A program made the translations under genes and the position numbers. Below the pieces are notes generated by a model. The model had not been told where the DNA came from. It ran no database searches and saw only the letters and a program-made list of their open reading frames with translations. Positions 47,810 to 62,935 of a DNA stretch of 64,000 bases are shown here, piece by piece; position 1 is the stretch's first letter; every line of letters starts with the position of its first letter. The DNA is from Methanobacteriota archaeon (lineage in GTDB: Archaea; Thermoplasmatota; E2; DHVEG-1): contig CAVYNH010000006.1 in NCBI GenBank assembly GCA_963769885.1, positions 576,001-640,000 on the forward strand, read 5' to 3'.

Positions 47810-48961
47810 CTACCCGACGACGGAGAGCTCTCTGTCCATGGAGCCCCCTTTGAATCGGTCAAGCCGCAGGCTTTCTAGAACTTCAGGGGTCTTCCCATCC
47901 ACGATATGCTCAGTCAACAGCTTCGTCACCATCGGCGAGATCATGAACCCATGGCCGCTGAACCCATTGCACTGCACGAACCCCTTCACCGACGGAACCT
48001 CACCCAGGATCGGCCGCGCATCCGGCGTCACATCATAGAAACTCGTCCAATGCCGCAGCATATTCACGTGCCGCAGCACTGGCGCATACCGCGTCAACGT
48101 CCTCGACATATGCTGCAAAAACGCAAACGTCGGCATCGTCCGAAACCCGCTGTGCTCCTCCGGAATCGGGATCCCGCCGACGATCTGCCCCTCCTTCTGC
48201 TGACTAAAATAAATACCATCCTTAAACGAAATCACCATCGCTTCAAACAACGGCTCCAGCCGCTCCGTCGCCATAATCTCCTTCCGAAACGGCGTCAACG
48301 GCAACGACACACCCACCAGCTCCGCAATCTCCTTCGACGCAACCCCCGCCGCATTCACCACGACCGGAGCACCTATCTCCCCCTTTTCCGTCGTCACAGA
48401 CGCAATCGCCTTCTTCCGCACCGTCAGCTTCGTCACCGCCGTATGGGTCAGGAACGTCGCCCCATGCCGCTTCGCCGCGTTCGCATACGCAAACGTCGTC
48501 AGAAACGGATTCGCATGCCCATCCGTCGGACAAAACGTCGCCGCCACCACCCGCATCCCCTCCACATCCAGCAACGGCGCAATCCGCGGGATTTCCCCCG
48601 GAGACAACACGTTGACCTTCAACCCCAGTGACCGCTGCATTTCCACATTCCGCTCCGCCTGCACAAGCTCCTTCTCGTCATGCACCGCTATCAAATACCC
48701 ACCCTGACGGAACTCGATGTCCTCCCCCAATTCTTTACTCAACCCCTCAAAAATCTTTACACTCTGAATCGCAAGCAACGCATTCTCCCGCGTCGACCAC
48801 TGCTGACGGATCCCCGCCCCACACGCCCCCGTCGCCCCAGAACTCAAATACCCCTTCTCCACCACCACGACATCCAGCTTCCGCTTCGCCAGCTGATACG
48901 CCAGAGAACAGCCGTTCACCCCCCCACCGATAATCACAACGTCAGCCTTGCTTTTCATCAT
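47810..48961 (-). CDS. Proline dehydrogenase/sarcosine oxidase beta-type FAD oxidoreductase
   Basis: IIGGGVNG, GATGACGAGIRQQ, YDVTPDARP and GFSGHGFM motifs. Confidence 0.88.
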   Translation of the reverse strand: MMKSKADVVIIGGGVNGCSLAYQLAKRKLDVVVVEKGYLSSGATGACGAGIRQQWSTRENALLAIQSVKIFEGLSKELGEDIEFRQGGYLIAVHDEKELVQAERNVEMQRSLGLKVNVLSPGEIPRIAPLLDVEGMRVVAATFCPTDGHANPFLTTFAYANAAKRHGATFLTHTAVTKLTVRKKAIASVTTEKGEIGAPVVVNAAGVASKEIAELVGVSLPLTPFRKEIMATERLEPLFEAMVISFKDGIYFSQQKEGQIVGGIPIPEEHSGFRTMPTFAFLQHMSRTLTRYAPVLRHVNMLRHWTSFYDVTPDARPILGEVPSVKGFVQCNGFSGHGFMISPMVTKLLTEHIVDGKTPEVLESLRLDRFKGGSMDRELSVVG

Positions 48962-49220
48962 CCTCACACGCCAAAGTACCAAGTGAAACCGGAACAAGCG
49001 GCGACCGCACCGTCGGCATCCGCATTTGACCAACCGGGAACCCTGTCTCCCTTTCAAGGATCTTCGCCACGAGCTGCACACACACCCGGCCCTGGCACGG
49101 CCCCATCCCAATCCGCAGCTTCTTGCGCAGCTCCTCGATATCAGTATATCCGCTGCGAATCGCTTTCAATACATCCTCCTCACTGATATCCTCGCAGCGG
49201 CACACAATACAGCGTTTCAT
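48942..49220 (-). CDS. BFD-like [2Fe-2S] subunit
   Basis: IVCRCEDI...GMGPCQGRVC and RSP motifs. Confidence 0.88.
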   Translation of the reverse strand: MKRCIVCRCEDISEEDVLKAIRSGYTDIEELRKKLRIGMGPCQGRVCVQLVAKILERETGFPVGQMRMPTVRSPLVPVSLGTLACEDDEKQG

Positions 49221-49687
49221 ACCCGCACCCGAATATTCCGCACATCCATTACAAGAGATGGATCAACCTCGACCGTAATCAGTATCGTCTTCTTCGCCTT
49301 CACTACACGAGTCACGACAGCAAAACCGCGTGACGCTCCTTCACGGTCCAATGCCTCGACACGATCGCCGACCGCAGGAACCGGGAGAAACTCAGAAGGA
49401 ACCGTGACCCACCCCTTCCCATCCTTCACCTTCACCAAGAAGATCGCCAGGCCAGGGCAGACACCGAGACATTTTAAACAACTCGTGCATCGATCAAAAT
49501 CAACATATGGCGGCGCATTGATATCCTTCATGCTAATCGCATGTACCGGACAGGCATCCACACACGGATTACACGGGATTTCCTGCACACACTCGATGAA
49601 AGCAACACCCTTCTCCAGCTGCTTCGCGCTTGGAATCTGCAAGAGATCTTCTTTCAAAAGGACACCGGTGCGAGTATACTCAGGCAT
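49217..49687 (-). CDS. 4Fe-4S ferredoxin subunit
   Basis: ECVQEIPCNPCVDACP and CTSCLKCLGVCPGLAIF motifs. Confidence 0.9.
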   Translation of the reverse strand: MPEYTRTGVLLKEDLLQIPSAKQLEKGVAFIECVQEIPCNPCVDACPVHAISMKDINAPPYVDFDRCTSCLKCLGVCPGLAIFLVKVKDGKGWVTVPSEFLPVPAVGDRVEALDREGASRGFAVVTRVVKAKKTILITVEVDPSLVMDVRNIRVRV

Positions 49688-51140
49688 GCTGCTCCCTCAT
49701 CAACGCCTCGATACGAGCCTTCGCCCGACGAGGCTTCTCACCGAAAGGTCCGGCACGCAACCGGTCAACTTCCTCCTGAAAACGTGCCAGGACCCCCGCA
49801 TCAACTGAATATCCCAAGGCGTTCGCAGCGTCGCATCCCGCGATCTTCCCCTCAACCATCGCGGTTGACGCCTCCTCAATCCCCGAAGCATCCCCCGCAA
49901 CATAGATACGTGGCTTATGGGTCTGCAATGCATCGTCATGGAGAGCGACGAATCCACCAGCCTCAGGAACCTGTGTCAGTGACACACCAAGCTGAGACAA
50001 TAGCCGGGTCGACGGCGTCAGCCCAACCGCAAGGCAGATCGTGTCACACGGGACATCCTCTTCGGTCCCAGGAATCGGCTTCCACTTGGAATCAAGCGTG
50101 ACAACGACAGCGCCCTCGACCGAAGAATCCCCGTAGACTTCTTGAATGGAATGCGAGGTATGAATCGGGACCCCGCAGCGGCGAAGTTTAGCCGCATGAA
50201 CATGATACCCGCCGATTGTAGATGCCGCTTCGACAACCCGATCAACCACGATACCCGCCTGGAGAAGCTGGTACGAGACAATGAGACCGACGTTCCCAGC
50301 ACCGACCATAAGCACGCGTTCGCCGGGTTTCACCCCGTAGACATTCATCAATGTCTGAACCGCGCCCGCACCGTAGACACCAGGGAGGTCATTCCCAGGG
50401 AACAATAGCATGTTCTCCATAGCGCCGCATGCAAGAATCGCAGCCCCGCACCGAACATCATAGAGCCGGGAATTATAGTTAATACGCTCAACAACCCCGA
50501 ACCGGTAGCCTTCTGAGGTTTCGTAAGCACCAATCGCTGTGGATTCAGCCATAATCACGAGTTTGCCTTCAGCCTCATATTTACGGGCATCTGCCTCGAG
50601 CTGTGTAGCGATATCGATACCCCGTGTCCCAGCACGCTCCTGCCGAGATCCAAAGAACTTATGAGTCTGTTTTATGAGCTGCCCCCCGAGTCGGGGATTC
50701 TCATCGACAAGGAGGACCTTGGCCCCTTGAGACGCGGCCTGGATCGCTGCACAGAGCCCCGCGGGGCCTGCGCCAACGATGAAGACATCAGTCGTTATCT
50801 TCCGTGTTCCCAGGCCATGGAATGGTGCGGCCGGGGGCGCTGCGCGCTCCTGTTGGCGTTCAACCTCGATGCCTTTTTGCAAAGGCGCAATGCATGTCCG
50901 CACGTTTGGGATTCCGTTAACCCGCATGAGGCAGGAGGAGCATTTGCCGATGCCGCAGAAGAAGCCTCTAGGGCTGTGATACGTCTGGCTGATAGTCAGT
51001 TCTTTGACGCCGGCGGCGTGCAGAGCTGAGGCGATGGTATCACCTTGTTCACCGGTGATTGGTTTATGGTCGAAGGTGAAGGGGAGTGGTTCCCGCGCTG
51101 AAAAATCAAGGATGGGGTGTTGACGGATACGCACAACCAA
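49680..51140 (-). CDS. Proline dehydrogenase/sarcosine oxidase alpha-type subunit (2Fe-2S and FAD)
   Basis: RGFFCGIGKCSSC, GAGPAGL, LGGQLIKQTHKFFG and FPGNDLPGV motifs. Confidence 0.88.
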   Translation of the reverse strand: MVVRIRQHPILDFSAREPLPFTFDHKPITGEQGDTIASALHAAGVKELTISQTYHSPRGFFCGIGKCSSCLMRVNGIPNVRTCIAPLQKGIEVERQQERAAPPAAPFHGLGTRKITTDVFIVGAGPAGLCAAIQAASQGAKVLLVDENPRLGGQLIKQTHKFFGSRQERAGTRGIDIATQLEADARKYEAEGKLVIMAESTAIGAYETSEGYRFGVVERINYNSRLYDVRCGAAILACGAMENMLLFPGNDLPGVYGAGAVQTLMNVYGVKPGERVLMVGAGNVGLIVSYQLLQAGIVVDRVVEAASTIGGYHVHAAKLRRCGVPIHTSHSIQEVYGDSSVEGAVVVTLDSKWKPIPGTEEDVPCDTICLAVGLTPSTRLLSQLGVSLTQVPEAGGFVALHDDALQTHKPRIYVAGDASGIEEASTAMVEGKIAGCDAANALGYSVDAGVLARFQEEVDRLRAGPFGEKPRRAKARIEALMREQHA

Positions 51141-51209
51141 GGCCTCACTTTAACAGGGAATGTTCTTCCCTATAAAAGTATTACCGAGCCCAACAGAGAG
51201 AGGAAGTGG

Positions 51210-51635
51210 CTAGATGACTTGGACGTCGCGTATGGGGTGGTGTCGTTTGGCGATTTTTCGGATCATGTTGATGTTTCGTCCGCCTTTGCCGATGAGTTTG
51301 GATTTGTCTCGGGGGTTGACCTCGATTTTGGCGACGGTGTCGTCGCCTTCTCCTTCGAAGGTGACGTTGGTGATTTGGTATGGTTTGCAGAGGTTTTGGA
51401 CGAAGGCTTTGGGGTCGTCGTTGTATTCGATGAATTTGACTGTTTTTTTGATGAGGTAGCGGAGTTTTTCGAGGTTTTTGGCTTTGGTGCCGATGGCGAT
51501 GCCGAGTTGGCCTTTTTCGACGACGAAAACGATGAGGTCGCTTTCGACGATGCAGTCGCGGATGCCGGCGCCGGTTTGTTTGCTGGCCAGGTTGATGAAT
51601 TGGACGGTGTCGTTACTGAGGGTTATCTCGGTCAT
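51210..51635 (-). CDS. nusA: Archaeal NusA
   Basis: DCI...VFVVEKG..GIAIG and KSKLIGKGGRNI KH motifs; operon position; start ATG 51635. Confidence 0.92.
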   Translation of the reverse strand: MTEITLSNDTVQFINLASKQTGAGIRDCIVESDLIVFVVEKGQLGIAIGTKAKNLEKLRYLIKKTVKFIEYNDDPKAFVQNLCKPYQITNVTFEGEGDDTVAKIEVNPRDKSKLIGKGGRNINMIRKIAKRHHPIRDVQVI

Positions 51636-51642
51636 TGTGGTC

Positions 51643-51945
51643 TTATTTCCTGGGTTTGATAAGGGAGAGGATGTTGGATTCTCCTTCGTCGAGGATGGCG
51701 ATGGCGGCGACAGCGTAGTTTTTGCCGCAGCTGTGGCCGAGGTCGACCCCGGAGTTGGGGTAGGTGTAGGTGGGGATGTTCTTTTGGTCGGCGAGGGGGG
51801 CGAGGGTGTCGGCATAGGGGCAGTTTTTGGCGATGATGATGGCTTTGGCCGTGTTTTTTTGGATGGCGGCCTTGGTTTGTTTTTCGCCGATGATGATGGT
51901 GCCTTTTTTTGCGACGTCTTTGAGTGCTTTGTTGATGTCTACCAT
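51643..51945 (-). CDS. rpl30e: 50S ribosomal protein L30e
   Basis: G.IIIGEKQT.K, IIAKNCP and GVDLG..CGK motifs. Confidence 0.93.
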   Translation of the reverse strand: MVDINKALKDVAKKGTIIIGEKQTKAAIQKNTAKAIIIAKNCPYADTLAPLADQKNIPTYTYPNSGVDLGHSCGKNYAVAAIAILDEGESNILSLIKPRK

Positions 51946-51946
51946 A

Positions 51947-56039
<4,093 letters not shown>

Positions 56040-56046
56040 AGTCTCC

Positions 56047-59000
56047 TCACACCAGTGATTCTAATTTGATTCGTGGCACGACCACAAGCGAATTGAGCTC
56101 GTCGATGAGCAGCTTGAAGGCGTAGCTCATCTCGACCGGGTGGATGTCCGCCTTGTCCCCGCAGACGGTGCAGTGGAGGCGGCCATGGCGGTCGATCATG
56201 GCGATGTGCCCGCAGTTGTTACAGACGTATTTCATCGTGATGTCGGATTCATCGAGGAGGCGGTCCTTGATGACCATGGAGGCGCCGTGGCCGATGAGGC
56301 AGTCGCGCTCCATCTCCCCGAACCGCAGTCCTCCCTCTCGGGCGCGGCCTTCGGTGGGCTGGCGGGTGAGGATCTGGACGGGGCCGCGGGATCGGGCGTG
56401 GATCTTGCCGGCGACCATGTGGTGGAGTTTCTGGTAGTAGATGCAGCCGACGAAGATGTCAAAATGCAGGGGCTTGCCGGTCATGCCATCGTAGAAGATC
56501 TCCTTGCCGTTGTGTGTGAACCCGTTCTTGATCAATGCGGAGCGGAGGTTGTCCTCGGATTCGCCGCTGAAGGCGGTGCCGTCGACGGTGCGGCCTTCCA
56601 GGGAGCCGACCTTGCCGCCGATCATTTCGAGGACGTGGGCGACGGTCATCCTGGAGGGGATCGCGTGGGGGTTGATGATGAGGTCCGGGCTCATGCCGGA
56701 CTCGGTGAATGGCATGTTCTCGGTGGGGACGATGTAGCCGATGACGCCTTTCTGGCCGTGTTTGCTGGCGAACTTGTCGCCGAGCTCTGGGATGCGCTGT
56801 TCGCGGACCTTGATCTTGACCATGCGGGAGCCGTTGACGGACTCGGAGAGCATGACCTTGTCGACGATGCCGCCCTCGCCGTGCTGGACGGTGACGGAGG
56901 TCTCACGGCGTTTCTGGGGCGTCAGGAAGTCGGTGGGTTCCTCGAGGAACCGGGGCGGTGAGGTCTTGCCGATGAGGACGTCGCCGCCGTTGACCCCGCT
57001 CTCAGGTGAGATGAGGCCGTCTTCGCCGAGGTTGTTGTAGGAGTCTTCGCTGCGGACGCCGCGGCAGTCGGGGTTGGGGATTTCGAAGTGGTCTTCCTGG
57101 CCGCCGGGGTAGCGTTTCTCTTCGCTGCTGTAGGTACGGATGAAGGTGCTGCGGGCTAGCCCGCGTTCGATGGCCGCCTTGCTCATGACGAGGGCGTCTT
57201 CCATGTTGTAGCCCTGGAAGCTGGCGACGGCGACGATGAAGTTCTGGCCGGCGGGTCGCTCGCGGAACTTGATGTAGCGGATGGCATGCGTCTGGACTAA
57301 GGGGACTTGCGGGTAATGAAGAAGATGCCCGCGGGTGTCGGGGCGGATTCGGTAGTTGGAGGCGCCGAAGCCCAGGGACTGTTTGCCCATGCCTGCGCCC
57401 ATGGTGATACGCGGCGAGCTGTTGTGCTCGGGGTAGGGAACGAGGCTGGAGCCGATCCCCAGGATACACATGGGGTCGAGCTCCATATGGGTGTGATCCG
57501 GGGTGAGGTCTTCTTTGGTGAGGGCGATGAGGGCGTTCTCCTCCTCTTCGGCGTCAATGTATTCGACGATGCCGTCGTTGATGAGGTCGGTCCAGCGTTT
57601 CTTGCCGGCGTTGAGTTCCTCGATGTACTTGGGGGAGAGCGTCATCTTGCCGTTCTCGGTGACGAGGAGCGGGCGGCGCAGTCTGCCGCAGTCGCAGTTG
57701 ACGATGACGTCGTTGCCTTCAACGTCGTAGCAGATGTTGATCTCGTTGGAGAGGAGGCCCTTGCGGCGGCGGTCTCGGAGTTTCTTGACGAGGTCTGCGC
57801 CGTTGGGGTGCATGCCGATGAGGTCCCCGTTGAGGTAGACGCGGGCGCCGGTGACGTGCTTGGTGATTTCCTTGATGCCGAACTCGCGTAGGACGGTTTC
57901 GACATCCTTCTCATTGAATCCTTCTGAGATTTCGACGGTGAGGGCGAGGTTCTTGACCAACCCGCAGTTGGGCCCCTCAGGGGTCTCGTTGGGGCAGAGC
58001 CGGCCCCATTGCGTGGAATGTAAGTCTCGTGCTTCGAAGTGTGGTTGGGATCGGGTCAGTGGGGATGTCACGCGGCGTAGGTGACTCAGCACCGCGAGAT
58101 TGCTCGTGCGGTCCAGGAGTTGTGAGACGCCGGCGCGGCCGCCGACCCAGTTGCCGGTGGCGAGCGCGTGATGAATCCGCTGACTGAGCACATCGGAGCG
58201 CAATGAGCTGGAGATTTTGATTTCCTTGCCCTTAGCGTTGATGCGCTCGATCTGGTACTTGAGGTCTTTGCAGAGGGCGGTGAAGGCGACGCGGAACAGA
58301 TCCTCCATGAGGTCGCCGGCGAGCTTGAGCCGCTTGTTGGCGTAGTGGTCCTTGTCATCAGGCTCACGCCTCCCGAGGGCGAGCTCGAGGACGGCCATGC
58401 CCATGCGGGCCATGAAGATAGCCTTCGTGAGCCGGTCATCCGGCTCGTTGCCCAGATGGGCGAGGAGGTGCCGGTCCATGATGGTCTCGACGCGCTTGAT
58501 ACGGTATTCTTTGGCCTGGCCGCCCGCGAACTTCTTTCCGAGGTACGCGATGGCCTCTTCCTTGGTGGTGATGCCGTATTCCTTGGCGCATTCCTCGATG
58601 TTCGCGAACACGTAGGGCTCCATCTTGGGGTCGGAGCAGATGACGTCGACGATCTCCTTGTCGTTCTCCATGCCAAGGGACCGGAGTAAGACGATGAGCG
58701 GGATCTGCCCGTAGGTGGTGGGCAGGCTGACCATGAGCATGCCGTCCTTGCGTTTCTCAACGACGGTCAGCGCGCGGTAGCCTTCGCGCTGGGAGAAGAC
58801 CTTGGCGACTTCGACGTCCGTACCGTAGCGGCTGGACCGCTCGACCAGGACACGGTTCGGCGCGAGGTCTTCGACGGTGATTAAAACACGCTCGGTGCCG
58901 TTGGAGATGAAGTACCCGCCGGGGTCCAGGGGGTCCTCCTGCAGCTGCTGCAGTTCGGCGATATACTCGTTATCCGTGATAGGATGTTCGAGGCGCTCCT

Positions 59001-59412
59001 CAAGGACATGACGGCTGATGTTGCAGCGCATGCTCTTGACCATGATCGGCAGCTCGCCGATCCGGACCATCTCCGGTTCGTACTCGACCTCGTTCTTCAC
59101 GGGGATGAACTCAAGCTCGATAGGCGCTTCATACGTCAAATCACGGAGGCGCGCTTCCATGGGGGTGAGCGGCCGCTCCGTGCCGTCCGCCTCCTTGACC
59201 TGCGGCAGGCCGACCTTGAGCTTGCCGAACTTGATCTTGTAGCCTTCGATTTCGGGGTAAATGTACCCCTTGTCCATCCCCTCTTCCTCCTGGCCGATGA
59301 CGGTGCTGTCGACGATGCGTTGCAGCCGATGGGCCAGGAAGTCGTCGTAGGACGCGATCTGATGGTTGACGATGCTGCGCTCTCGATAAAAAGCATCAAC
59401 TAACTCTCTCAT
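56047..59412 (-). CDS. rpoB: RNA polymerase subunit B (Rpo2, unsplit)
   Basis: [23 protein letters not shown] and CPNETPEG motifs. Confidence 0.98.
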   Translation of the reverse strand: MRELVDAFYRERSIVNHQIASYDDFLAHRLQRIVDSTVIGQEEEGMDKGYIYPEIEGYKIKFGKLKVGLPQVKEADGTERPLTPMEARLRDLTYEAPIELEFIPVKNEVEYEPEMVRIGELPIMVKSMRCNISRHVLEERLEHPITDNEYIAELQQLQEDPLDPGGYFISNGTERVLITVEDLAPNRVLVERSSRYGTDVEVAKVFSQREGYRALTVVEKRKDGMLMVSLPTTYGQIPLIVLLRSLGMENDKEIVDVICSDPKMEPYVFANIEECAKEYGITTKEEAIAYLGKKFAGGQAKEYRIKRVETIMDRHLLAHLGNEPDDRLTKAIFMARMGMAVLELALGRREPDDKDHYANKRLKLAGDLMEDLFRVAFTALCKDLKYQIERINAKGKEIKISSSLRSDVLSQRIHHALATGNWVGGRAGVSQLLDRTSNLAVLSHLRRVTSPLTRSQPHFEARDLHSTQWGRLCPNETPEGPNCGLVKNLALTVEISEGFNEKDVETVLREFGIKEITKHVTGARVYLNGDLIGMHPNGADLVKKLRDRRRKGLLSNEINICYDVEGNDVIVNCDCGRLRRPLLVTENGKMTLSPKYIEELNAGKKRWTDLINDGIVEYIDAEEEENALIALTKEDLTPDHTHMELDPMCILGIGSSLVPYPEHNSSPRITMGAGMGKQSLGFGASNYRIRPDTRGHLLHYPQVPLVQTHAIRYIKFRERPAGQNFIVAVASFQGYNMEDALVMSKAAIERGLARSTFIRTYSSEEKRYPGGQEDHFEIPNPDCRGVRSEDSYNNLGEDGLISPESGVNGGDVLIGKTSPPRFLEEPTDFLTPQKRRETSVTVQHGEGGIVDKVMLSESVNGSRMVKIKVREQRIPELGDKFASKHGQKGVIGYIVPTENMPFTESGMSPDLIINPHAIPSRMTVAHVLEMIGGKVGSLEGRTVDGTAFSGESEDNLRSALIKNGFTHNGKEIFYDGMTGKPLHFDIFVGCIYYQKLHHMVAGKIHARSRGPVQILTRQPTEGRAREGGLRFGEMERDCLIGHGASMVIKDRLLDESDITMKYVCNNCGHIAMIDRHGRLHCTVCGDKADIHPVEMSYAFKLLIDELNSLVVVPRIKLESLV

Positions 59413-59437
59413 ACCCTACCCCTTTTCATTCTCCCTT

Positions 59438-59761
59438 TTACATCTCGTCACTTGACATGGAAAAATCTTCACTTGGCTCGGTGAAGATGGATAATTCGCT
59501 CGCTTCGCTCTCCACGACCAGTCGGTACGCAGTCGTGTACTTGGCAGTAGGACTCTTCCTCTTGACCTTGATGATGTTACCCGGCTTAGCGTCCACCGCC
59601 ACCGCTGCAGGATCATTGGCCAGGATCCGAGGCAGCTGCTCCGCTCGAATCTTGAAGCGCGTCAGGAGATCCTTGCGTTCTTTCTCTGAGAGTATCATAT
59701 GGTCTGGTACAAGTGTGTGTCCAAGGATGTCGTAGTGCTTCTTCGATGGGGTCGCGGCGAT
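59438..59761 (-). CDS. rpoH: RNA polymerase subunit H (Rpo5), probable ATC start
   Basis: HTLVPDH..LSE, LPRI...DP and RKSPTA motifs; GGAGG 8 nt before the in-frame ATC, with an in-frame stop just upstream. Confidence 0.88.
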   Translation of the reverse strand: MAATPSKKHYDILGHTLVPDHMILSEKERKDLLTRFKIRAEQLPRILANDPAAVAVDAKPGNIIKVKRKSPTAKYTTAYRLVVESEASELSIFTEPSEDFSMSSDEM

Positions 59762-59797
59762 TGTTCATTCCTCCCGGGCTTTTTTTGAGGAATTAGG

Positions 59798-59871
59798 CGG
59801 GCCTGAAGGGATTCGAACCCTTGGCCACCTGGTTAAAAGCCAGATGCTCTACCTAACTGAGCTACAGGCCC
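59798..59871 (-). tRNA. tRNA-Lys(UUU)
   Basis: GGGCCTGTAGCTCAG...CTGG-CT-TTT-AA-CCAG...GGTTCGAATCCCTTCAGGCCCG. Confidence 0.93.
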
Positions 59872-60049
59872 ATACATATAGGGCCTACTGCCCGATAGAT
59901 TCAATATATATTCTACTCTAATCATAGTAGCGGTCGGACGGCTTACCCGTAATACAATTTCCCCTATAAATACTTTTATTTATTTTTCTCGGGGATAGAC
60001 GGAGTCACCGCTCGCTTTATTACGGAGTCGGCGGATATCACCAGACTAT

Positions 60050-60679
60050 ATGAAGGTTGCGGAGCTGTTCTACTCGCTTCAGGGTGAAGGCTGCCTGAGC
60101 GGCCGGCCCACCGTCTTCATTCGCACCACCGGCTGCAACCTCCGCTGCCGCTACTGCGACACCGCCTACGCCTATGAAGGCGGCACCCCGATGACGCCGG
60201 ATGAGATCCTCCGGGCGCTCGCGCAGTACCCCTGCCGGACCTGCTGCGTCACTGGCGGCGAGCCGCTCCTGCAGCCCGACCTCGAGACCCTCATCTCCGC
60301 CCTGGTCCTCAACCGCTACCAGGTCAGCATCGAAACCAACGGCAGCCGCCCTATTACCCCTTTCATCGAGGATGACCCGGTCATGGTCTCATTGGACATC
60401 AAATGCCCCTCATCGGGGATGCAACAGTACAACGACTACGACAACCTCGCCAGGCTGCGCGACCAGGATCAACTGAAGTTCATCGTCGGCGACCGCGTGG
60501 ACTACGACTTCGCCAAAGAGGTCCTGCGCCGACATCGGCCCCGCGGCACCGTATTTCTTCAGCCGGTCTGGGGCACCGACCCCGCGAAACTGGCGGGCTG
60601 GATACTCGATGACGCACTTGAGGTGCGGCTTGGCATCCAATTGCACAAATGCCTGTGGGGAACAGCGCGAAAAAAATGA
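60050..60679 (+). CDS. queE: 7-carboxy-7-deazaguanine synthase (radical SAM)
   Basis: SLQGEG, GCNLRCRYCDT, TGGEPL, ETNG and QLHK motifs. Confidence 0.88.
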   Translation: MKVAELFYSLQGEGCLSGRPTVFIRTTGCNLRCRYCDTAYAYEGGTPMTPDEILRALAQYPCRTCCVTGGEPLLQPDLETLISALVLNRYQVSIETNGSRPITPFIEDDPVMVSLDIKCPSSGMQQYNDYDNLARLRDQDQLKFIVGDRVDYDFAKEVLRRHRPRGTVFLQPVWGTDPAKLAGWILDDALEVRLGIQLHKCLWGTARKK

Positions 60680-60809
60680 TTTCCTCCATATAAAAAAAGT
60701 CTTTGTGAACACAAAGTATATACACCAAAAGCGCATTCAGTCTTGAATTCTACCGAGGAAAAAACCCCCCAGGAGTAATTCTCCAGAATATTTGAGGTGA
60801 AGATAGTCT

Positions 60810-61529
60810 ATGCAACCATCCAACATGGCGTATGATAGAGCGATTACCGTGTTCTCCCCCGACGGTCGCCTCTTCCAAGTCGAGTATGCGCGAGAGGCCG
60901 TGAAACGTGGGACGACCACCGTCGGCGTGAAATTCAAGGATGGCGTCATCCTCATCGTGGACAAGCGCATCTCCTCACGCCTCATCGAACCGGACTCCAT
61001 CGAGAAGATCTTCGTGATTGACGATCACATCGGCTGCGCGACCTCTGGGCTCGTCGCCGATGCCCGCGCGCTCATCGACAAGGCGCGGCTCGACGCCCAG
61101 ATCAACGAGATCACCTACAGCGAGAAGATCCCGGTCCAGACCCTCGTCAAACGCATCTGCGACTTCAAACAAACCTACACCCAGTACGGCGGCGTCCGCC
61201 CCTTCGGAACCGCCCTCCTAATCGCTGGCGTGGATGAGACCGGTGCCCGGCTGTTCTCCACCGACCCCTCCGGGGCCCTCATGGAGTACAAGGCGGCCAG
61301 CGAAGGCGCCGGCCGCACCGGAGCCATGTCCTATTTCGAAGAGCAATACAAGGACAACATGAGCATGGATGACGCCATCGACATGGGCATCAAGGCCCTG
61401 CACAAAGGCACCGAAGGCAAACTCAACCCCGACGCCATCGAGATCGGGGCGGTCCGCAAAGGCGTCAAGTTTCACATCCTGTCGCCGAACGAGACCAAGA
61501 CCTACGTTTCTAAAGCTATCGGGAAGTAA
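60810..61529 (+). CDS. psmA: Proteasome alpha subunit
   Basis: [20 protein letters not shown] and GVRPFG motifs. Confidence 0.97.
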   Translation: MQPSNMAYDRAITVFSPDGRLFQVEYAREAVKRGTTTVGVKFKDGVILIVDKRISSRLIEPDSIEKIFVIDDHIGCATSGLVADARALIDKARLDAQINEITYSEKIPVQTLVKRICDFKQTYTQYGGVRPFGTALLIAGVDETGARLFSTDPSGALMEYKAASEGAGRTGAMSYFEEQYKDNMSMDDAIDMGIKALHKGTEGKLNPDAIEIGAVRKGVKFHILSPNETKTYVSKAIGK

Positions 61530-61532
61530 GAT

Positions 61533-62228
61533 ATGGTCAGCCTCGAAGACGCCGTCGTCGCCCGCCTGAAGAAAGGCACAGACCATTTTGAGATCCTCGT
61601 CGATCCCTACGAAGCAGAACACATCATCGAAGGAAAGACCGACGCGATCCTGAAAGCCCTGGCCATCGACGCGATCTTCAGCGACTCCCGCAAAGGCACC
61701 CACGCCTCCACCGAGCTCCTCCAGAAACACTTCAACACCACCAGCGTCGAGCCCATCGCCAAGGAGATCATCCTGAAGGGCGAGATCCAGCTCACCACCG
61801 ACCAACGACGAGAACTCCAAGAGCAGAAGCGCAAACGCATCATTGATATGATTGTCAAGAACGCCATGGATCCCCGGACCAAGGCGCCGCACCCTCGGAC
61901 CCGCATCGAACTCGCCATGGACCAGGCCCGCATCCACATCGACCCTTTCAAATCCGTCAACCAACAAATGAAAAGCATCCTCGAAGCGCTCCGACCCCTA
62001 CTGCCCATCTCCATGGAGGCCTCCCGGGTCTCTATCAAGATCCCCGCGCAGTTCGTCGGCCCCGCGTACGGCGCCGTCAGAAGCATCGCCACCATCGAAC
62101 GGGAAGACTGGCAGTCCGACGGCACCTGGATCGGTATCGTCAAACTCCCCGCCGGTCTCCAAAGCGAGCTTTTCGACAAGCTCAACAGTCTCACCAAAGG
62201 CAACGTAGAAACCAGACTACTCAAATAA
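61533..62228 (+). CDS. SBDS/Sdo1 ribosome maturation factor
   Basis: FEILVDP, KGEIQLT and DPRTKAPHP..RIE motifs; operon context. Confidence 0.95.
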   Translation: MVSLEDAVVARLKKGTDHFEILVDPYEAEHIIEGKTDAILKALAIDAIFSDSRKGTHASTELLQKHFNTTSVEPIAKEIILKGEIQLTTDQRRELQEQKRKRIIDMIVKNAMDPRTKAPHPRTRIELAMDQARIHIDPFKSVNQQMKSILEALRPLLPISMEASRVSIKIPAQFVGPAYGAVRSIATIEREDWQSDGTWIGIVKLPAGLQSELFDKLNSLTKGNVETRLLK

Positions 62229-62254
62229 ACCCCATAGAAAAGAAGGCAGTTTTT

Positions 62255-62935
62255 ATGGAACAAAAAACCCGCCATGTCGTAATTCCCAGCGAATGCATCG
62301 GCGACGCCACCCGGCTCAAAGCCGGACGCGGCACCTTCGTCGACCACGGGAAGATCTACAGCGAACACCTCGGCATCCTCAACCAGCAGGGCAACGTCCT
62401 GCAGGTCATGCCGCTCAAAGGCCGTTATAACCCCATCCCCGGCGACTTCGTCATCGCCATCGTCCTGGAGGCCATGCAGTCGAGCTGGCTCGTGGACATT
62501 AACGCCCCCTACCCCGCAGTCCTCCACGTCAACGAGGCGCCCTGGGAAGTCGAGTTCGGCGACACCGCCCGGTACCTCAACGCCGGCGACTCGCTCCTTG
62601 CCAAGGTCCTCTCCGTGGACGAATCCAAGAAGCTCCAAGTCACCCTCAAGGACCGCAATCTCTATAAAATCAAGGGCGGTAACATCATCGAAGTGGACCC
62701 CTCCATCGTCCCCCGCATCATCGGCAAGCAGGGCTCGATGATCGCCAACATCAAGAAATACTCCCGCAGCCGCATCTTCGTCGGGCAGAACGGGCGTATC
62801 TGGATTGACGGCCCGGTGGACGGCATCGAACTCGTCCTCCTTGCCATCAACAAGATTGAGAGTGAAGCCATCTCGTATGGGCTTACCGACAGAGTCGAAG
62901 AACTCTTAAGAGAACACGCAAAGGATGTACGATAA
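62255..62935 (+). CDS. rrp4: Exosome RNA-binding subunit Rrp4
   Basis: [21 protein letters not shown] and GQNGRIWI motifs. Confidence 0.95.
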   Translation: MEQKTRHVVIPSECIGDATRLKAGRGTFVDHGKIYSEHLGILNQQGNVLQVMPLKGRYNPIPGDFVIAIVLEAMQSSWLVDINAPYPAVLHVNEAPWEVEFGDTARYLNAGDSLLAKVLSVDESKKLQVTLKDRNLYKIKGGNIIEVDPSIVPRIIGKQGSMIANIKKYSRSRIFVGQNGRIWIDGPVDGIELVLLAINKIESEAISYGLTDRVEELLREHAKDVR

